Below are positions 21,568-31,457 of a stretch of DNA of 64,000 nucleotides, piece by piece (within the stretch, counting starts at the first letter, position 1; the number at the start of each line of letters is the position of its first letter). The translations under genes were made by a program, and so were the position numbers. The notes below the pieces were generated by a model. That model had not been told where the DNA came from, did no database searches, and worked only from the letters and a program-made list of their open reading frames with translations. This stretch comes from Clostridia bacterium. GTDB taxonomy: Bacteria; Bacillota; Clostridia; RGIG6154. The DNA is taken from the NCBI GenBank assembly GCA_045589295.1, contig JAZNOU010000012.1:128001-192000 (forward strand). The letters run 5' to 3'.

Positions 21568-22653
21568 ATGGCAGAGGACAAAAAAAATGTTATTAAAGCT
21601 CTTCTGGAAAAAGGAAAGAAACAGGGCAAAATTTCTTACCAGGAGATAGCAGACACATTGGAAGAGGTAGAGTTAGACCCTGAAAAAATTGAAAAGGTTT
21701 ATGAAACTCTAGAGCAAATGGGAGTTGAAGTTATAGGCACAGATTTGGAAATTGAAAAAGATGACGACATCCCATTTGACGAGATTGAAGAGGTAGAGAT
21801 TGACCTTACAATTCCAGAGGGTGTAAGCGTTGAAGACCATGTAAGAATGTACTTAAAGGAAATTGGCAAGGTGCCGCTTTTGACAACCGAAGAAGAGATA
21901 GAGCTTTCAGAAAGAATGTTAAAAGGCGATGAAAGTGCAAAACAACGTCTGGCAGAAGCGAATTTACGACTTGTTGTAAGTATTGCAAAAAGATATGTTG
22001 GTCGCGGAATGTTATTTTTGGATCTTATTCAGGAAGGCAACCTTGGTCTTATCAAAGCAGTTGAAAAATTCGACTACACAAAAGGATTTAAGTTTTCTAC
22101 TTATGCAACCTGGTGGATAAGACAGGCTATCACCCGTGCTATTGCTGATCAGGCAAGAACAATCAGAATTCCTGTTCATATGGTTGAAACTATCAACAAG
22201 CTTATGAGAATTCAGCGTCAGCTTATCCAGGAATTCGGTAGGGAGCCTCAGGTTGAGGAAATTGCAAAAGAAATGAATATGTCGGTGGACAAAGTGCGTG
22301 AAATTATGAAGGTTGCACAAGAGCCTGTTTCTTTGGAAACCCCGATTGGCGAAGAAGAAGACAGCCACTTAGGAGACTTTATCGAAGACGTTGATGCTCC
22401 GCCTCCGGCAGATGCGGCATCTTTCATTCTTTTGAAAGAACAGCTTGCCAACGTATTAGGAACACTTACACCAAGAGAAGAAAAAGTGTTAAGATTAAGA
22501 TACGGTCTTGATGACGGAAGATCAAGAACTTTAGAAGAAGTAGGCAAAGAGTTTGATGTAACAAGAGAAAGAATTAGACAGATTGAAGCAAAGGCATTAA
22601 GAAAATTACGTCATCCGTCAAGAAGTAAAAAGTTGAAAGACTATTTAGATTAA
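21568..22653 (+). CDS. rpoD: Primary sigma factor SigA/RpoD
   Basis: [39 protein letters not shown]. Confidence 0.98.
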   Translation: MAEDKKNVIKALLEKGKKQGKISYQEIADTLEEVELDPEKIEKVYETLEQMGVEVIGTDLEIEKDDDIPFDEIEEVEIDLTIPEGVSVEDHVRMYLKEIGKVPLLTTEEEIELSERMLKGDESAKQRLAEANLRLVVSIAKRYVGRGMLFLDLIQEGNLGLIKAVEKFDYTKGFKFSTYATWWIRQAITRAIADQARTIRIPVHMVETINKLMRIQRQLIQEFGREPQVEEIAKEMNMSVDKVREIMKVAQEPVSLETPIGEEEDSHLGDFIEDVDAPPPADAASFILLKEQLANVLGTLTPREEKVLRLRYGLDDGRSRTLEEVGKEFDVTRERIRQIEAKALRKLRHPSRSKKLKDYLD

Positions 22654-22667
22654 AGAAGGACATAAAA

Positions 22668-23915
22668 ATGGACAAATTTGAGAATATTGGATTTATTCCT
22701 TGTGATATCTTACTTCCAAAAACAGAGGATTTTTCAAAGTGGAGCGTTGTTGCGTGTGACCAGTATACATCACAGCCTGATTATTGGGATAAGGTTAAAG
22801 AGTATGTCGGCAGTGAAAAAAGCACACTGGGTATGATTTATCCTGAAATTTACTTAAATGAAAATGATGGAGATAAACGAATTGAAAATATAAATAAAAC
22901 AATGAAGAGTTATTTAGACGGCGAAGATTTTAATTGCCTTTCAAACTCGTTTGTATATGTACAAAGAACTGTTGCGGGCGGGAAAGTACGTCATGGTTTA
23001 GTTGGTGCAATTGATCTTGAAAAGTATGACTATGAAAAGGACTCAAAGGCACATGTGAGAGCAACGGAAGGCACAGTTAAAGAAAGAATTCCTCCCAGAG
23101 TAAAAATAAGAAAAAATGCTCCCTTGGAGCTTCCGCATATTATGCTTTTGATTGATGACCCTGATGATTTGGTTTTTGGCGCAGTAGAAAAGGCAGAAAA
23201 GACAGCGGTTTATGATTTTGACCTCATGATGAACTCAGGCAATATAAAGGGATATAAGGTTGCTCCAAGTGATGAGATTGCAGATGCGTTTTTAACACTT
23301 AAAAATGTGCAGGATAAAGAAAACACACTTTTGTTTGCTGTAGGTGATGGCAATCATTCTCTTGCAACCGCAAAAGAGTGCTGGAATTTAATTAAAGCAA
23401 ATCTTTCGGAAAATGATGCAAGAAACCATCCTGCAAGATATGCGCTGGTTGAGGTTGTAAACATTCACGACAGCTCTTTAGAGTTTGAACCTATTCACAG
23501 AATAGTGTTTAATGCAGATTACAAAATCATGGAAAAAGAATTGTTTGAATTTTATCCTACAGCTACTTATGAAAAATCGGACAGTCAGAATTTTGATGTA
23601 GTGGTAGATGGCGTAAGTAAAACAATATACATAAAAGAGCCTGAATTTGAACTTGCAGTTGGCAGTTTGCAGAACTTCCTGGATGCCTTTGTTAAAAAGC
23701 ATCCTGAGGCGGAGATTGATTACATTCACGGCGATGATGTTACAAAAGACCTTTCAAAAAAGGAAAATTCGGTTGGATTTATCCTTTCTTCGATGAAAAA
23801 AGGTGATTTGTTCAAGAGTGTAAGAAGTGATGGTGCACTTCCAAGAAAAACATTCTCAATGGGAGAAGCATTTGAAAAGAGATTTTATTTAGAGTGCAGA
23901 AAAATTTCAAAATAG
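22668..23915 (+). CDS. DUF1015 family protein
   Basis: WSVVACDQYTS, RATEGTV, GDGNHSLATAK, LPRKTFSMG. Confidence 0.8.
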   Translation: MDKFENIGFIPCDILLPKTEDFSKWSVVACDQYTSQPDYWDKVKEYVGSEKSTLGMIYPEIYLNENDGDKRIENINKTMKSYLDGEDFNCLSNSFVYVQRTVAGGKVRHGLVGAIDLEKYDYEKDSKAHVRATEGTVKERIPPRVKIRKNAPLELPHIMLLIDDPDDLVFGAVEKAEKTAVYDFDLMMNSGNIKGYKVAPSDEIADAFLTLKNVQDKENTLLFAVGDGNHSLATAKECWNLIKANLSENDARNHPARYALVEVVNIHDSSLEFEPIHRIVFNADYKIMEKELFEFYPTATYEKSDSQNFDVVVDGVSKTIYIKEPEFELAVGSLQNFLDAFVKKHPEAEIDYIHGDDVTKDLSKKENSVGFILSSMKKGDLFKSVRSDGALPRKTFSMGEAFEKRFYLECRKISK

Positions 23916-24052
23916 GGGAATGTAAAAAGCTCAGAACATAAAAAGGCTTATATTATTACGATAAGCCTTTTTATTACGAAAAACTATAACATTCAGCGTA
24001 TCTAACGCTCTTGCTCAGTTTTTAAGTTCTGAATATTTTTTCCTATTCCCTT
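23915..24052. repeat. Nested inverted-repeat element containing a terminator-like hairpin
   Basis: 14-bp perfect hairpin 23938-23974; outer IR tcagaacataaaaa/tttttaagttctga; terminal gggaat/attccc. Confidence 0.6.
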
Positions 24053-24074
24053 GTAGCATTTATATGAGGAAAAT

Positions 24075-25973
24075 ATGAAAAATGGATTTTTACCAACAAC
24101 TAAAGATGAATTAATTGAGCGTGGCATAGACCAACTTGATTTTGTGCTTGTTTCGGCTGATGCGTATGTTGACCATCCGTCTTTTGGTCATGCAATTATT
24201 TCAAGAGTGTTGGAGTCAGAAGGTTTTACTGTTGGTATTATTGCTCAGCCTGACTGGCATAGTAAAGAAGATTTTATGCGTCTTGGCAAGCCAAGACTTG
24301 CTTTTTTGGTAAGCACCGGGAATATTGATTCAATGGTGTGCCACTATACTGCATCAAAAAAGAAAAGAAATGATGACAGTTATTCGCCCGGAGGCAAGGC
24401 AGGATACCGTCCGGACCGTCCTGCAATTGTTTATACAAACCGAATTAAAGAGGCGTATGTCAAAGTGCCAGTTATTATTGGCGGTATTGAGGCATCATTA
24501 AGAAGATTTGCGCACTATGATTATTGGGACGATAAAGTTCGTCATTCTATTTTAATTGATTCGGGAGCAGACCTTGTTATCTACGGAATGGGTGAAAAAC
24601 CTATTACAGAAATTGCAAAAAGGCTTGATATGGGGATACCTTTGAGCGAAATTACAGATGTTGAGGGAACTTGCTATTTAAGCAAAACAATTCCCGAAAA
24701 ATGTTTTGCGTGTCACTCATATAACGAGGTTAGAAGCGATAAGAAAAAATACGCCGAAAGCTTTATGATACAATATAAAAATCAGGACCCGTTCTCAGGG
24801 AATATTGTAATTCAGCAACATGGCGATATGTACGTGGTACAAAACAAACCGGCAAAACCGCTTTCAACCAGAGAGATGGACAAGGTTTATTCACTACCTT
24901 ATGTGGGAACTTATCATCCTGATTATGAAAAAGACGGCGGAATTCCGGCAATCGAAGAAGTTAAGTTTTCACTTGTTTCGTCAAGAGGTTGTTTTGGAAA
25001 TTGTTCGTTTTGTGCGCTTGCTTTCCATCAGGGCAGAATTATTTCTGCAAGAAGCGAAAAATCACTTTTAAAAGAGGCTGAAAAGCTTGTGTGGGATCCC
25101 GATTTTAAAGGTTACATCCATGATGTAGGCGGACCTACTGCAAACTTCAGAAAACCTTCCTGCAAAAAGCAGGGCGAAAAGGGAAGTTGCCCCAAAAGAC
25201 AGTGTTTGTTCCCTGTTCCTTGCGAAAATCTTGAGGTTGACCATAAGGAATACGCCTCGCTTTTAAGGAAGCTTTCAGAAATTCCAAAAGTAAAAAAAGT
25301 GTTTGTACGTTCGGGTATAAGATATGATTATTTAATTTATGATAAAGATGACACGTTTTTCAATCAGCTATGTGAGAATCATATAAGTGGTCAGCTGAAA
25401 GTAGCACCAGAGCACGTTTCTGATGATGTTCTTTATTATATGGGTAAACCGTCATTTGAGGTTTACAAAAGATTTGCTCAAAAGTATAAAGCGATAAACG
25501 AAAAACTAGGCAAAAAACAGTTTTTAGTGCCTTATTTAATGTCAAGTCATCCCGGCTCAACTCTCCACGATGCTATACTTTTAGCTGAGTATTTAAGAGA
25601 TATAAATTACTCACCCGAGCAGGTGCAGGATTTTTATCCCACCCCTGGAACTCTTTCAACCTGTATGTATTTTACAGGGCTTGACCCAAGAGATATGAGC
25701 AAGGTTTATGTTCCAAAAAGTTACGAGGAAAAGAAAATGCAAAGGGCACTGCTTCAATACAGACGTCCTGAAAATTATGAAATTGTAAAAAAAGCGCTGC
25801 TTAAGGCAGGCAGAGCTGATTTAATAGGATTTGAAAAGCATTGTTTGATAAAACCGCGTGTGATCAAAGGAGGAAATAAAAATGAGCGCACAGATAATAG
25901 ACGGCAAAAAAGTGTCGGCAAGAATAAAAGAGGAATTAAAGCAGGAGGTAGCAAAACTAAAAGAAGAAGGTAA
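24075..25973 (+). CDS. YgiQ-family radical SAM protein (UPF0313)
   Basis: [29 protein letters not shown] (CxxxCxxC), QVQDFYPTP. Confidence 0.92.
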   Translation: MKNGFLPTTKDELIERGIDQLDFVLVSADAYVDHPSFGHAIISRVLESEGFTVGIIAQPDWHSKEDFMRLGKPRLAFLVSTGNIDSMVCHYTASKKKRNDDSYSPGGKAGYRPDRPAIVYTNRIKEAYVKVPVIIGGIEASLRRFAHYDYWDDKVRHSILIDSGADLVIYGMGEKPITEIAKRLDMGIPLSEITDVEGTCYLSKTIPEKCFACHSYNEVRSDKKKYAESFMIQYKNQDPFSGNIVIQQHGDMYVVQNKPAKPLSTREMDKVYSLPYVGTYHPDYEKDGGIPAIEEVKFSLVSSRGCFGNCSFCALAFHQGRIISARSEKSLLKEAEKLVWDPDFKGYIHDVGGPTANFRKPSCKKQGEKGSCPKRQCLFPVPCENLEVDHKEYASLLRKLSEIPKVKKVFVRSGIRYDYLIYDKDDTFFNQLCENHISGQLKVAPEHVSDDVLYYMGKPSFEVYKRFAQKYKAINEKLGKKQFLVPYLMSSHPGSTLHDAILLAEYLRDINYSPEQVQDFYPTPGTLSTCMYFTGLDPRDMSKVYVPKSYEEKKMQRALLQYRRPENYEIVKKALLKAGRADLIGFEKHCLIKPRVIKGGNKNERTDNRRQKSVGKNKRGIKAGGSKTKRRR

Positions 25974-26727
25974 AACGGTTGGTCTTGCAGTTATGATTGT
26001 AGGTAACAACTCGGCCTCAAGAGTGTATGTCGACAACAAAAAAAAGGCGTGTGCTGAAATCGGCATTTATTCTGAAGAATATGCACTTCCTGAACAGACA
26101 ACTCAGCAGGAAATTCTACAGATTATCGAAAAGCTTAATAAAAAAGATGATATTGACGGCATTTTAGTTCAGCTTCCGCTTCCTAAACATATTGACGAAA
26201 AAGCGGTAATCAATACAATTGCCCCTAAAAAAGATGTTGATGCATTCCACCCTGTTAATGTAGGAAAAATTATGATTGGCGATTTTGATTTTGTGCCGTG
26301 TACCCCTGCAGGCGTGATGGAGCTTATTAAAGAAAGCGGAATTGACGTTAAGGGTAAGGAATGTGTTGTAATAGGAAGAAGCAACATTGTAGGAAAGCCT
26401 CAGGCAATGCTGTTGCTCCACAGCAACGCTACCGTTACAATCTGCCATTCAAAAACTGTTGACCTTAAGGAAGTTACAAAGCGTGCCGACGTTTTGGTTG
26501 CGGCAGTTGGAATTGCGAAATTTGTCAAGGCGGATATGGTTAAAGAAGGTGCTGTTGTAATTGATGTCGGTATGAACAGAGATGAAAACGGAAAACTTTG
26601 CGGAGACGTTGATTTTGAAGAAGTAAAAAATGTTGCATCAGCCATTACACCTGTTCCGGGCGGCGTAGGACCTATGACTATTGCAATGCTTATGAAAAAC
26701 ACCGTAAAATCAGCAACAATTAAATAA
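25882..26727 (+). CDS. folD: Methylene-THF dehydrogenase/cyclohydrolase
   Basis: [43 protein letters not shown]; AGGAGG RBS. Confidence 0.97.
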   Translation: MSAQIIDGKKVSARIKEELKQEVAKLKEEGKTVGLAVMIVGNNSASRVYVDNKKKACAEIGIYSEEYALPEQTTQQEILQIIEKLNKKDDIDGILVQLPLPKHIDEKAVINTIAPKKDVDAFHPVNVGKIMIGDFDFVPCTPAGVMELIKESGIDVKGKECVVIGRSNIVGKPQAMLLLHSNATVTICHSKTVDLKEVTKRADVLVAAVGIAKFVKADMVKEGAVVIDVGMNRDENGKLCGDVDFEEVKNVASAITPVPGGVGPMTIAMLMKNTVKSATIK

Positions 26728-26731
26728 ATAT

Positions 26732-26771
26732 AAAAGAAAAAAACACCAAGTTTTTGGTGTTTTTTCTTTTT
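26732..26771. terminator. Bidirectional terminator between folD and glgD
   Basis: aaagaaaaaaacacca ... tggtgttttttcttt. Confidence 0.8.
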
Positions 26772-26844
26772 AAATTTTTAATAGCGGATATTACAGATGT
26801 TGTCTGCATATTCATTTAAGCACATAACCTTTTTTAGTCTTAAA

Positions 26845-27957
26845 TTAAGATACTGTTGTTCCCTTTGGTATTATCAGGGGAATTTCTTTAGACCCGCAAA
26901 GCGCTACATTTTCATTTATTGTTACATTTTTATCAATTATTACGTATTCAAGGCGTGCACCTTTTCCTATTTTAGAACCTTGCATTACAATGCAGTTTTG
27001 TACTAAAGCACCTGCTTTTAATTTAACGTCTCTGAAAAATATAGAATTTTTTGCAATTCCTGTTAATGTGCATCCGTCGGCTATAATGCAGTTTTCCACA
27101 ACTGAGTTTTTATGATAAAAAGTAGGGGCCTCGTCGCGGACTTTGGTGTAAACAGGTGCTCCTTTTGAAAAAATTTCATCACGTACTTTAAGATCCATAA
27201 GTTTAAAATTATTTTCAAAATACGATTTTATGCTGTGGTTTTTCAAAACGGTTTTTTCAAATTTGAAAACATTTACATTCAGATTTCCCAGATTAAATTC
27301 ATCTTGCAGAAAATCTCTTTCAAAACTGAACCTTCCGCGTGCAACATAGTTTTGTACTGCGGTTATGAGCATCTTACGGTCAATTACAAACATTCCCATT
27401 CCCAAAAGAAAGTCATCTGCAACAGGTTTTCCTATTGAAATATCTGTTGCTTTTCCGCTTGTTTCTTTTACAAACAGGTCTGTTGGGGCAAAATTCGTCT
27501 TATCGGGAGATGCAATAACAGTTATGTCGGCTTTGGATTTTTTGTGGTTTTCAAGAACGTCTTCAAAATTTATATTGCAGATTACCGTTGTATCACACAT
27601 AATAACATACTTTTCTTTGCGGGTGTATAAAAAAGAAAGCGCGTTTTCCAAAGCCTCTAAATTCCCTCTGTAAACGTTGGTAAATCCCGTTGCAAAGGGG
27701 GGGATAATGTAAACACCTGAATTTTTTCTGTTTAAGTCCCATTCGCTGCAACTTCCCAAGTGGTCCATAAGCGACTGATAGTTGTATTTTGTTATAATTC
27801 CAATTGATGTTAATCCTGAGTTCGACATATTTGAAAGCACAAAGTCAATAAATCTGTATCTTCCTCCAAATGGCATTGACGCAACTGTTCTGCGTTTGGT
27901 GAGTTCTCCCATGGGGGCGTCATACAGATTAGAAAAAATAATTCCTGCCGCGTTCAT
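26845..27957 (-). CDS. glgD: Glucose-1-phosphate adenylyltransferase subunit GlgD
   Basis: MPFGGRYRFIDFVLSNM, YQSLMDHLGS..WDL, YTKVRDEAP; follows glgC. Confidence 0.9.
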   Translation of the reverse strand: MNAAGIIFSNLYDAPMGELTKRRTVASMPFGGRYRFIDFVLSNMSNSGLTSIGIITKYNYQSLMDHLGSCSEWDLNRKNSGVYIIPPFATGFTNVYRGNLEALENALSFLYTRKEKYVIMCDTTVICNINFEDVLENHKKSKADITVIASPDKTNFAPTDLFVKETSGKATDISIGKPVADDFLLGMGMFVIDRKMLITAVQNYVARGRFSFERDFLQDEFNLGNLNVNVFKFEKTVLKNHSIKSYFENNFKLMDLKVRDEIFSKGAPVYTKVRDEAPTFYHKNSVVENCIIADGCTLTGIAKNSIFFRDVKLKAGALVQNCIVMQGSKIGKGARLEYVIIDKNVTINENVALCGSKEIPLIIPKGTTVS

Positions 27958-27959
27958 AA

Positions 27960-29126
27960 TTAAACCTCCTGACCCTGTAGTTTTAAACCTCTTTTAACGA
28001 TTTTGTTATGTTCAATTACACTTATTTTTCTGTTGTTTGTTCCCACCTGTGCATTTTCTTCAATAATGCAGTTTTCGCCGATTATTGAGTAATTTATCAA
28101 AGCGCCGCTCTTTACAACAGTGTTCGGCATTATAACGCTGTTTTGAACTATTGCATTTTCTGCTATTTCACAACCTACCGATACAATTGAGTTTAACACT
28201 TTGCCCTTAATAATACAGCCTTCTGCTACGAATGAGTTATCCAAAACTGCATTTTCTGAAATATAGCTTGATGGCTTGGCGTAGTTTCTGGCATAAATTT
28301 TAAAGTTGGGGTCTTTGAGTTGGATAGGTATTTCGGGGGCTAAAAGATCCATGTTTGCTTCCCACAGACTTTCTATAGTTCCTACGTCTTTCCAGTATCC
28401 ATCAAAAAGATACGCAAAAAGGCGTTTTTCATCTTTTAAAAGCTTTGGAATAATATCTTTGCCGAAATCGTTTGATGAGAGTGGGTTTTGTTCATCTTTT
28501 ATCAGATACTCTTTCAAAAGTGTCCAGTTAAATATATAAATACCCATTGAAGCTTTTGTGCTTTTGGGGTTTTTGGGTTTTTCTTCAAATTCGTAGATTT
28601 TAAAGTCTGGAGTTAAATTCATAATCCCAAATCTTGATGCTTCACTTAAAGTTACATCCAACACGGCAATAGTACAGTCTGCACCTTTTTCCTTATGAAA
28701 CTCGAGCATTTTGGAATAGTCCATTTTATAGATATGGTCGCCCGATAAAATTATTACATACTCCGGATTGTATCGTTCAATAAATTTTATGTTTTGGTAG
28801 ATTGCATTTGCAGTACCTTTGTACCATTCGCTTTTTTTGCTTTTGGCATACGGCGGAAGAATGTGAACGCCTCCGAAGCTGCTGTTTAATCCCCAAGGCC
28901 GACCGTTACCTATATAATCGTTAAGTTCCAAGGGTTGATACTGCGTCATAATGCCTACTGTATCAAGACCTGAATTTACGCAGTTTGATAACGGAAAGTC
29001 AATAATTCTGTATTTTCCGCCAAACGGGACAGCGGGTTTTGCGGTATGTTTTGTAAGTACGCCAAGTCTGCTTCCTTGGCCGCCTGCTAAAAGCATTGCT
29101 ACACATTTTTTTCGTCTTTGACTCAT
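27960..29126 (-). CDS. glgC: Glucose-1-phosphate adenylyltransferase
   Basis: [44 protein letters not shown]. Confidence 0.95.
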   Translation of the reverse strand: MSQRRKKCVAMLLAGGQGSRLGVLTKHTAKPAVPFGGKYRIIDFPLSNCVNSGLDTVGIMTQYQPLELNDYIGNGRPWGLNSSFGGVHILPPYAKSKKSEWYKGTANAIYQNIKFIERYNPEYVIILSGDHIYKMDYSKMLEFHKEKGADCTIAVLDVTLSEASRFGIMNLTPDFKIYEFEEKPKNPKSTKASMGIYIFNWTLLKEYLIKDEQNPLSSNDFGKDIIPKLLKDEKRLFAYLFDGYWKDVGTIESLWEANMDLLAPEIPIQLKDPNFKIYARNYAKPSSYISENAVLDNSFVAEGCIIKGKVLNSIVSVGCEIAENAIVQNSVIMPNTVVKSGALINYSIIGENCIIEENAQVGTNNRKISVIEHNKIVKRGLKLQGQEV

Positions 29127-29399
29127 TATTAATCCTCCTAATCAAAATTTTTATAGTAAACGGCACAAATCGGCGGAATTGTCAGACATAGCAAAAAGGC
29201 AGATTGTGCATAGGTGACTTTTTGCTTTTAAGTTTTTATTTATCATAGTGGTCATTCCTTATTTCTGACGTTATCATATATTATATAAATTTTGTCCAAT
29301 TTTTATGTTATTTTTTTGTGTATGGAGGGAAAAATAAGCAAAACTTTCTTCACATTGAAAAAGAAATGCAAAATTTTTTAAAAAATTATTAAAAAAGTA

Positions 29400-29475
29400 T
29401 TGAATTTTTTTTGAAAATAGTTTATTATATAAGTAAAAGTGGGGGAAAGTGTCATGAGTTGGTAACAAAGTGGGA
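29400..29475 (+). promoter_or_regulatory. dcw promoter with MraZ-binding direct repeats
   Basis: TTGAAT-17 nt-TATTAT, then GTGGG/GTGTC/TTGGT/GTGGG at 29439, 29449, 29459 and 29470 (~10-nt period). Confidence 0.7.
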
Positions 29476-29510
29476 CTTTTTTCTGATATTTTAATGAAAG
29501 GAGCAGGTAT

Positions 29511-29942
29511 ATGCTTATAGGTGAATACACACATAGTTTAGACCCAAAAGGCAGACTTATTATGCCTGCTAAATTCAGAGAAGATATTGGTTCTCACTTT
29601 TATGTAACAATCGGAACTGATGCTTGCCTTCGTGCTTATTCATTTGAAGAATGGGAAAAGTATAAGGCTAAAATAGAAGCTCTTCCTGATAGTGACATCA
29701 AGGCACGTCAGTATAAAAGAGCAATCTTTTCAAATTCAAATGAGTGCGAAGTGGACAAGCAGGGCAGAATTTTAATAGCTTCAAACCTTAAAAACTATGC
29801 AAAGCTTGAAAAAGATGTTGTTATAATAGGGCAGTCGTCATACATAGAAATATGGAGCCTTGATAACTGGAATAATTACAACAAAGAGCAGGATATTAAT
29901 CTTGACGAGTTAGTGAGCGGGCTTTCAGATTACGGGTTATAA
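29511..29942 (+). CDS. mraZ: Transcriptional regulator MraZ
   Basis: LDPKGRL and VDKQGRI duplicated motifs; EIWS. Confidence 0.96.
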   Translation: MLIGEYTHSLDPKGRLIMPAKFREDIGSHFYVTIGTDACLRAYSFEEWEKYKAKIEALPDSDIKARQYKRAIFSNSNECEVDKQGRILIASNLKNYAKLEKDVVIIGQSSYIEIWSLDNWNNYNKEQDINLDELVSGLSDYGL

Positions 29943-29944
29943 AA

Positions 29945-30877
29945 ATGGAATTTTCACATGTTTCGGTTTTACTTGAAGAGAGTATTAACGCACTTTCTGT
30001 TAAGCAAGTTGGAATATATGTGGACGGTACGTTAGGAGGAGGAGGTCACTCCTCCCGACTGCTAACACATTCAGATGGAGCTAAACTCATTGGAATTGAC
30101 AGAGATAAAGAGGCGCTGTCTGCTGCAAGAAAGAGGCTTGAGTGTTTTGGTGACAGGGTTTCGTACTGTCATGGGAACTACTGCGAAATAAAACAAATTT
30201 TAAAAGACAAGGGCATTGATAAAATAGATGGTGCAATTTTAGACCTTGGAGTATCTTCGTATCAGCTTGATAATGGTGAGAGGGGATTTTCCTATAATCA
30301 TAATGCAAAGCTTGATATGAGAATGGACAGATCTAAAGGTATAACTGCCTATGACGTTGTTAACGGATATGAAAAGCATGAGCTTGTAAGAATTTTTCGC
30401 GACTACGGCGAGGAAAAGTTTGCAAGCCAAATTGCAAACAAAATCATTGGTTTCAGACAAACAAAGCCTGTTGAAACCACGTTCGAGCTTTCAGAACTGA
30501 TTAAGGAAGGGATTCCGGCGGCAAAGAGGCGCGAAGGTGGCCACCCTGCGAAAAGGGTTTTTCAGGCTATTCGTATAGAGGTAAATGGCGAGCTTGAGGT
30601 TTTAAGACAATCAGTTGAAGATTTCTTTGACTGTTTAAAACCCGGCGGAAGACTTGCCATAATAACATTCCATTCTTTGGAAGACAGAATAGTAAAGCAA
30701 AGCTTTAACGATTTTTGTAAAGGATGCACCTGTCCTCCGGATTTCCCTATTTGCGTATGCGGGAACAAACCAAGAGGCAGATTAGTGTTTAAAAAACCTG
30801 TTATTGCAGGTGGGGCAGAGCTTGAAGTAAACTCACGTTCATCGTGTGCAAAGCTAAGAGTTATTGAAAAATTGTAA
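29945..30877 (+). CDS. rsmH: 16S rRNA m4C1402 methyltransferase
   Basis: HVSVLL, DGTLGGGGHS, DLGVSSYQLD, FHSLEDRIVK. Confidence 0.97.
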   Translation: MEFSHVSVLLEESINALSVKQVGIYVDGTLGGGGHSSRLLTHSDGAKLIGIDRDKEALSAARKRLECFGDRVSYCHGNYCEIKQILKDKGIDKIDGAILDLGVSSYQLDNGERGFSYNHNAKLDMRMDRSKGITAYDVVNGYEKHELVRIFRDYGEEKFASQIANKIIGFRQTKPVETTFELSELIKEGIPAAKRREGGHPAKRVFQAIRIEVNGELEVLRQSVEDFFDCLKPGGRLAIITFHSLEDRIVKQSFNDFCKGCTCPPDFPICVCGNKPRGRLVFKKPVIAGGAELEVNSRSSCAKLRVIEKL

Positions 30878-30885
30878 AAAAGGAG

Positions 30886-31356
30886 ATGATACCGTTGGCA
30901 CAAACAAGTACAGCTTATGATAATGCACTATATACACCTCAGCCGACTGTTGAGGTTGAGCAGCCCAAGGTCAGAAAAGCCAGTAAACAAAAAGCAAAAG
31001 CAAATCTTGTTGTAAGAGCATCAGTGGCGGTACTTTTCCTTATGATATTTACCGTTGTGTTAAGATACACAATGATAAACGAAAGATTGGCGCAGATAAA
31101 TTCGCTTGAAAAAGAGCTTCAGGAATTAACTGCCGCAAATGAACAGCATATGGTTTATTTGGACAGAAGTTCGGATCTTAAAAGTGTTGAGCAAACAGCT
31201 AAAACCGAACTTAACATGGGCGTCCCTCAAAGCCACCAGGTCGTAAATGTCAGCTTAAATATGAAAGACAAGACTATAAAACCCGTTCAGGAGAAAAACG
31301 GCTTTTTAAATTCTGCCAAAAGCGTTATATCTTATTGTCTGGAATATTTATATTAA
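30886..31356 (+). CDS. ftsL: FtsL-like cell division protein
   Basis: Single TM helix plus coiled coil; lies between rsmH and the PBP. Confidence 0.7.
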   Translation: MIPLAQTSTAYDNALYTPQPTVEVEQPKVRKASKQKAKANLVVRASVAVLFLMIFTVVLRYTMINERLAQINSLEKELQELTAANEQHMVYLDRSSDLKSVEQTAKTELNMGVPQSHQVVNVSLNMKDKTIKPVQEKNGFLNSAKSVISYCLEYLY

Positions 31357-31374
31357 TCAAACTCATAAGTATGT

Positions 31375-31407
31375 AAAAGGGATTTATAAAATGTAAATCC
31401 CTTTTTA
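31375..31407 (+). terminator. Terminator-like hairpin between ftsL and the PBP gene
   Basis: aaaagggattta-7 nt-taaatccctttt. Confidence 0.65.
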
Positions 31408-31457
31408 TGTCTTTTTAAGACGCGCAGCAGTGTTGCGGAAAGGAAATCATAAAAAGT

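Noticed and set aside
23915-24074. THF or ZTP riboswitch upstream of ygiQ-folD
   Set aside because: Conserved aptamer nucleotides of either class are not seen on either strand
29181-29230. Stem agcaaaaag...ctttttgct upstream of glgC as a regulatory RNA
   Set aside because: One short stem with no recognisable aptamer; insufficient support
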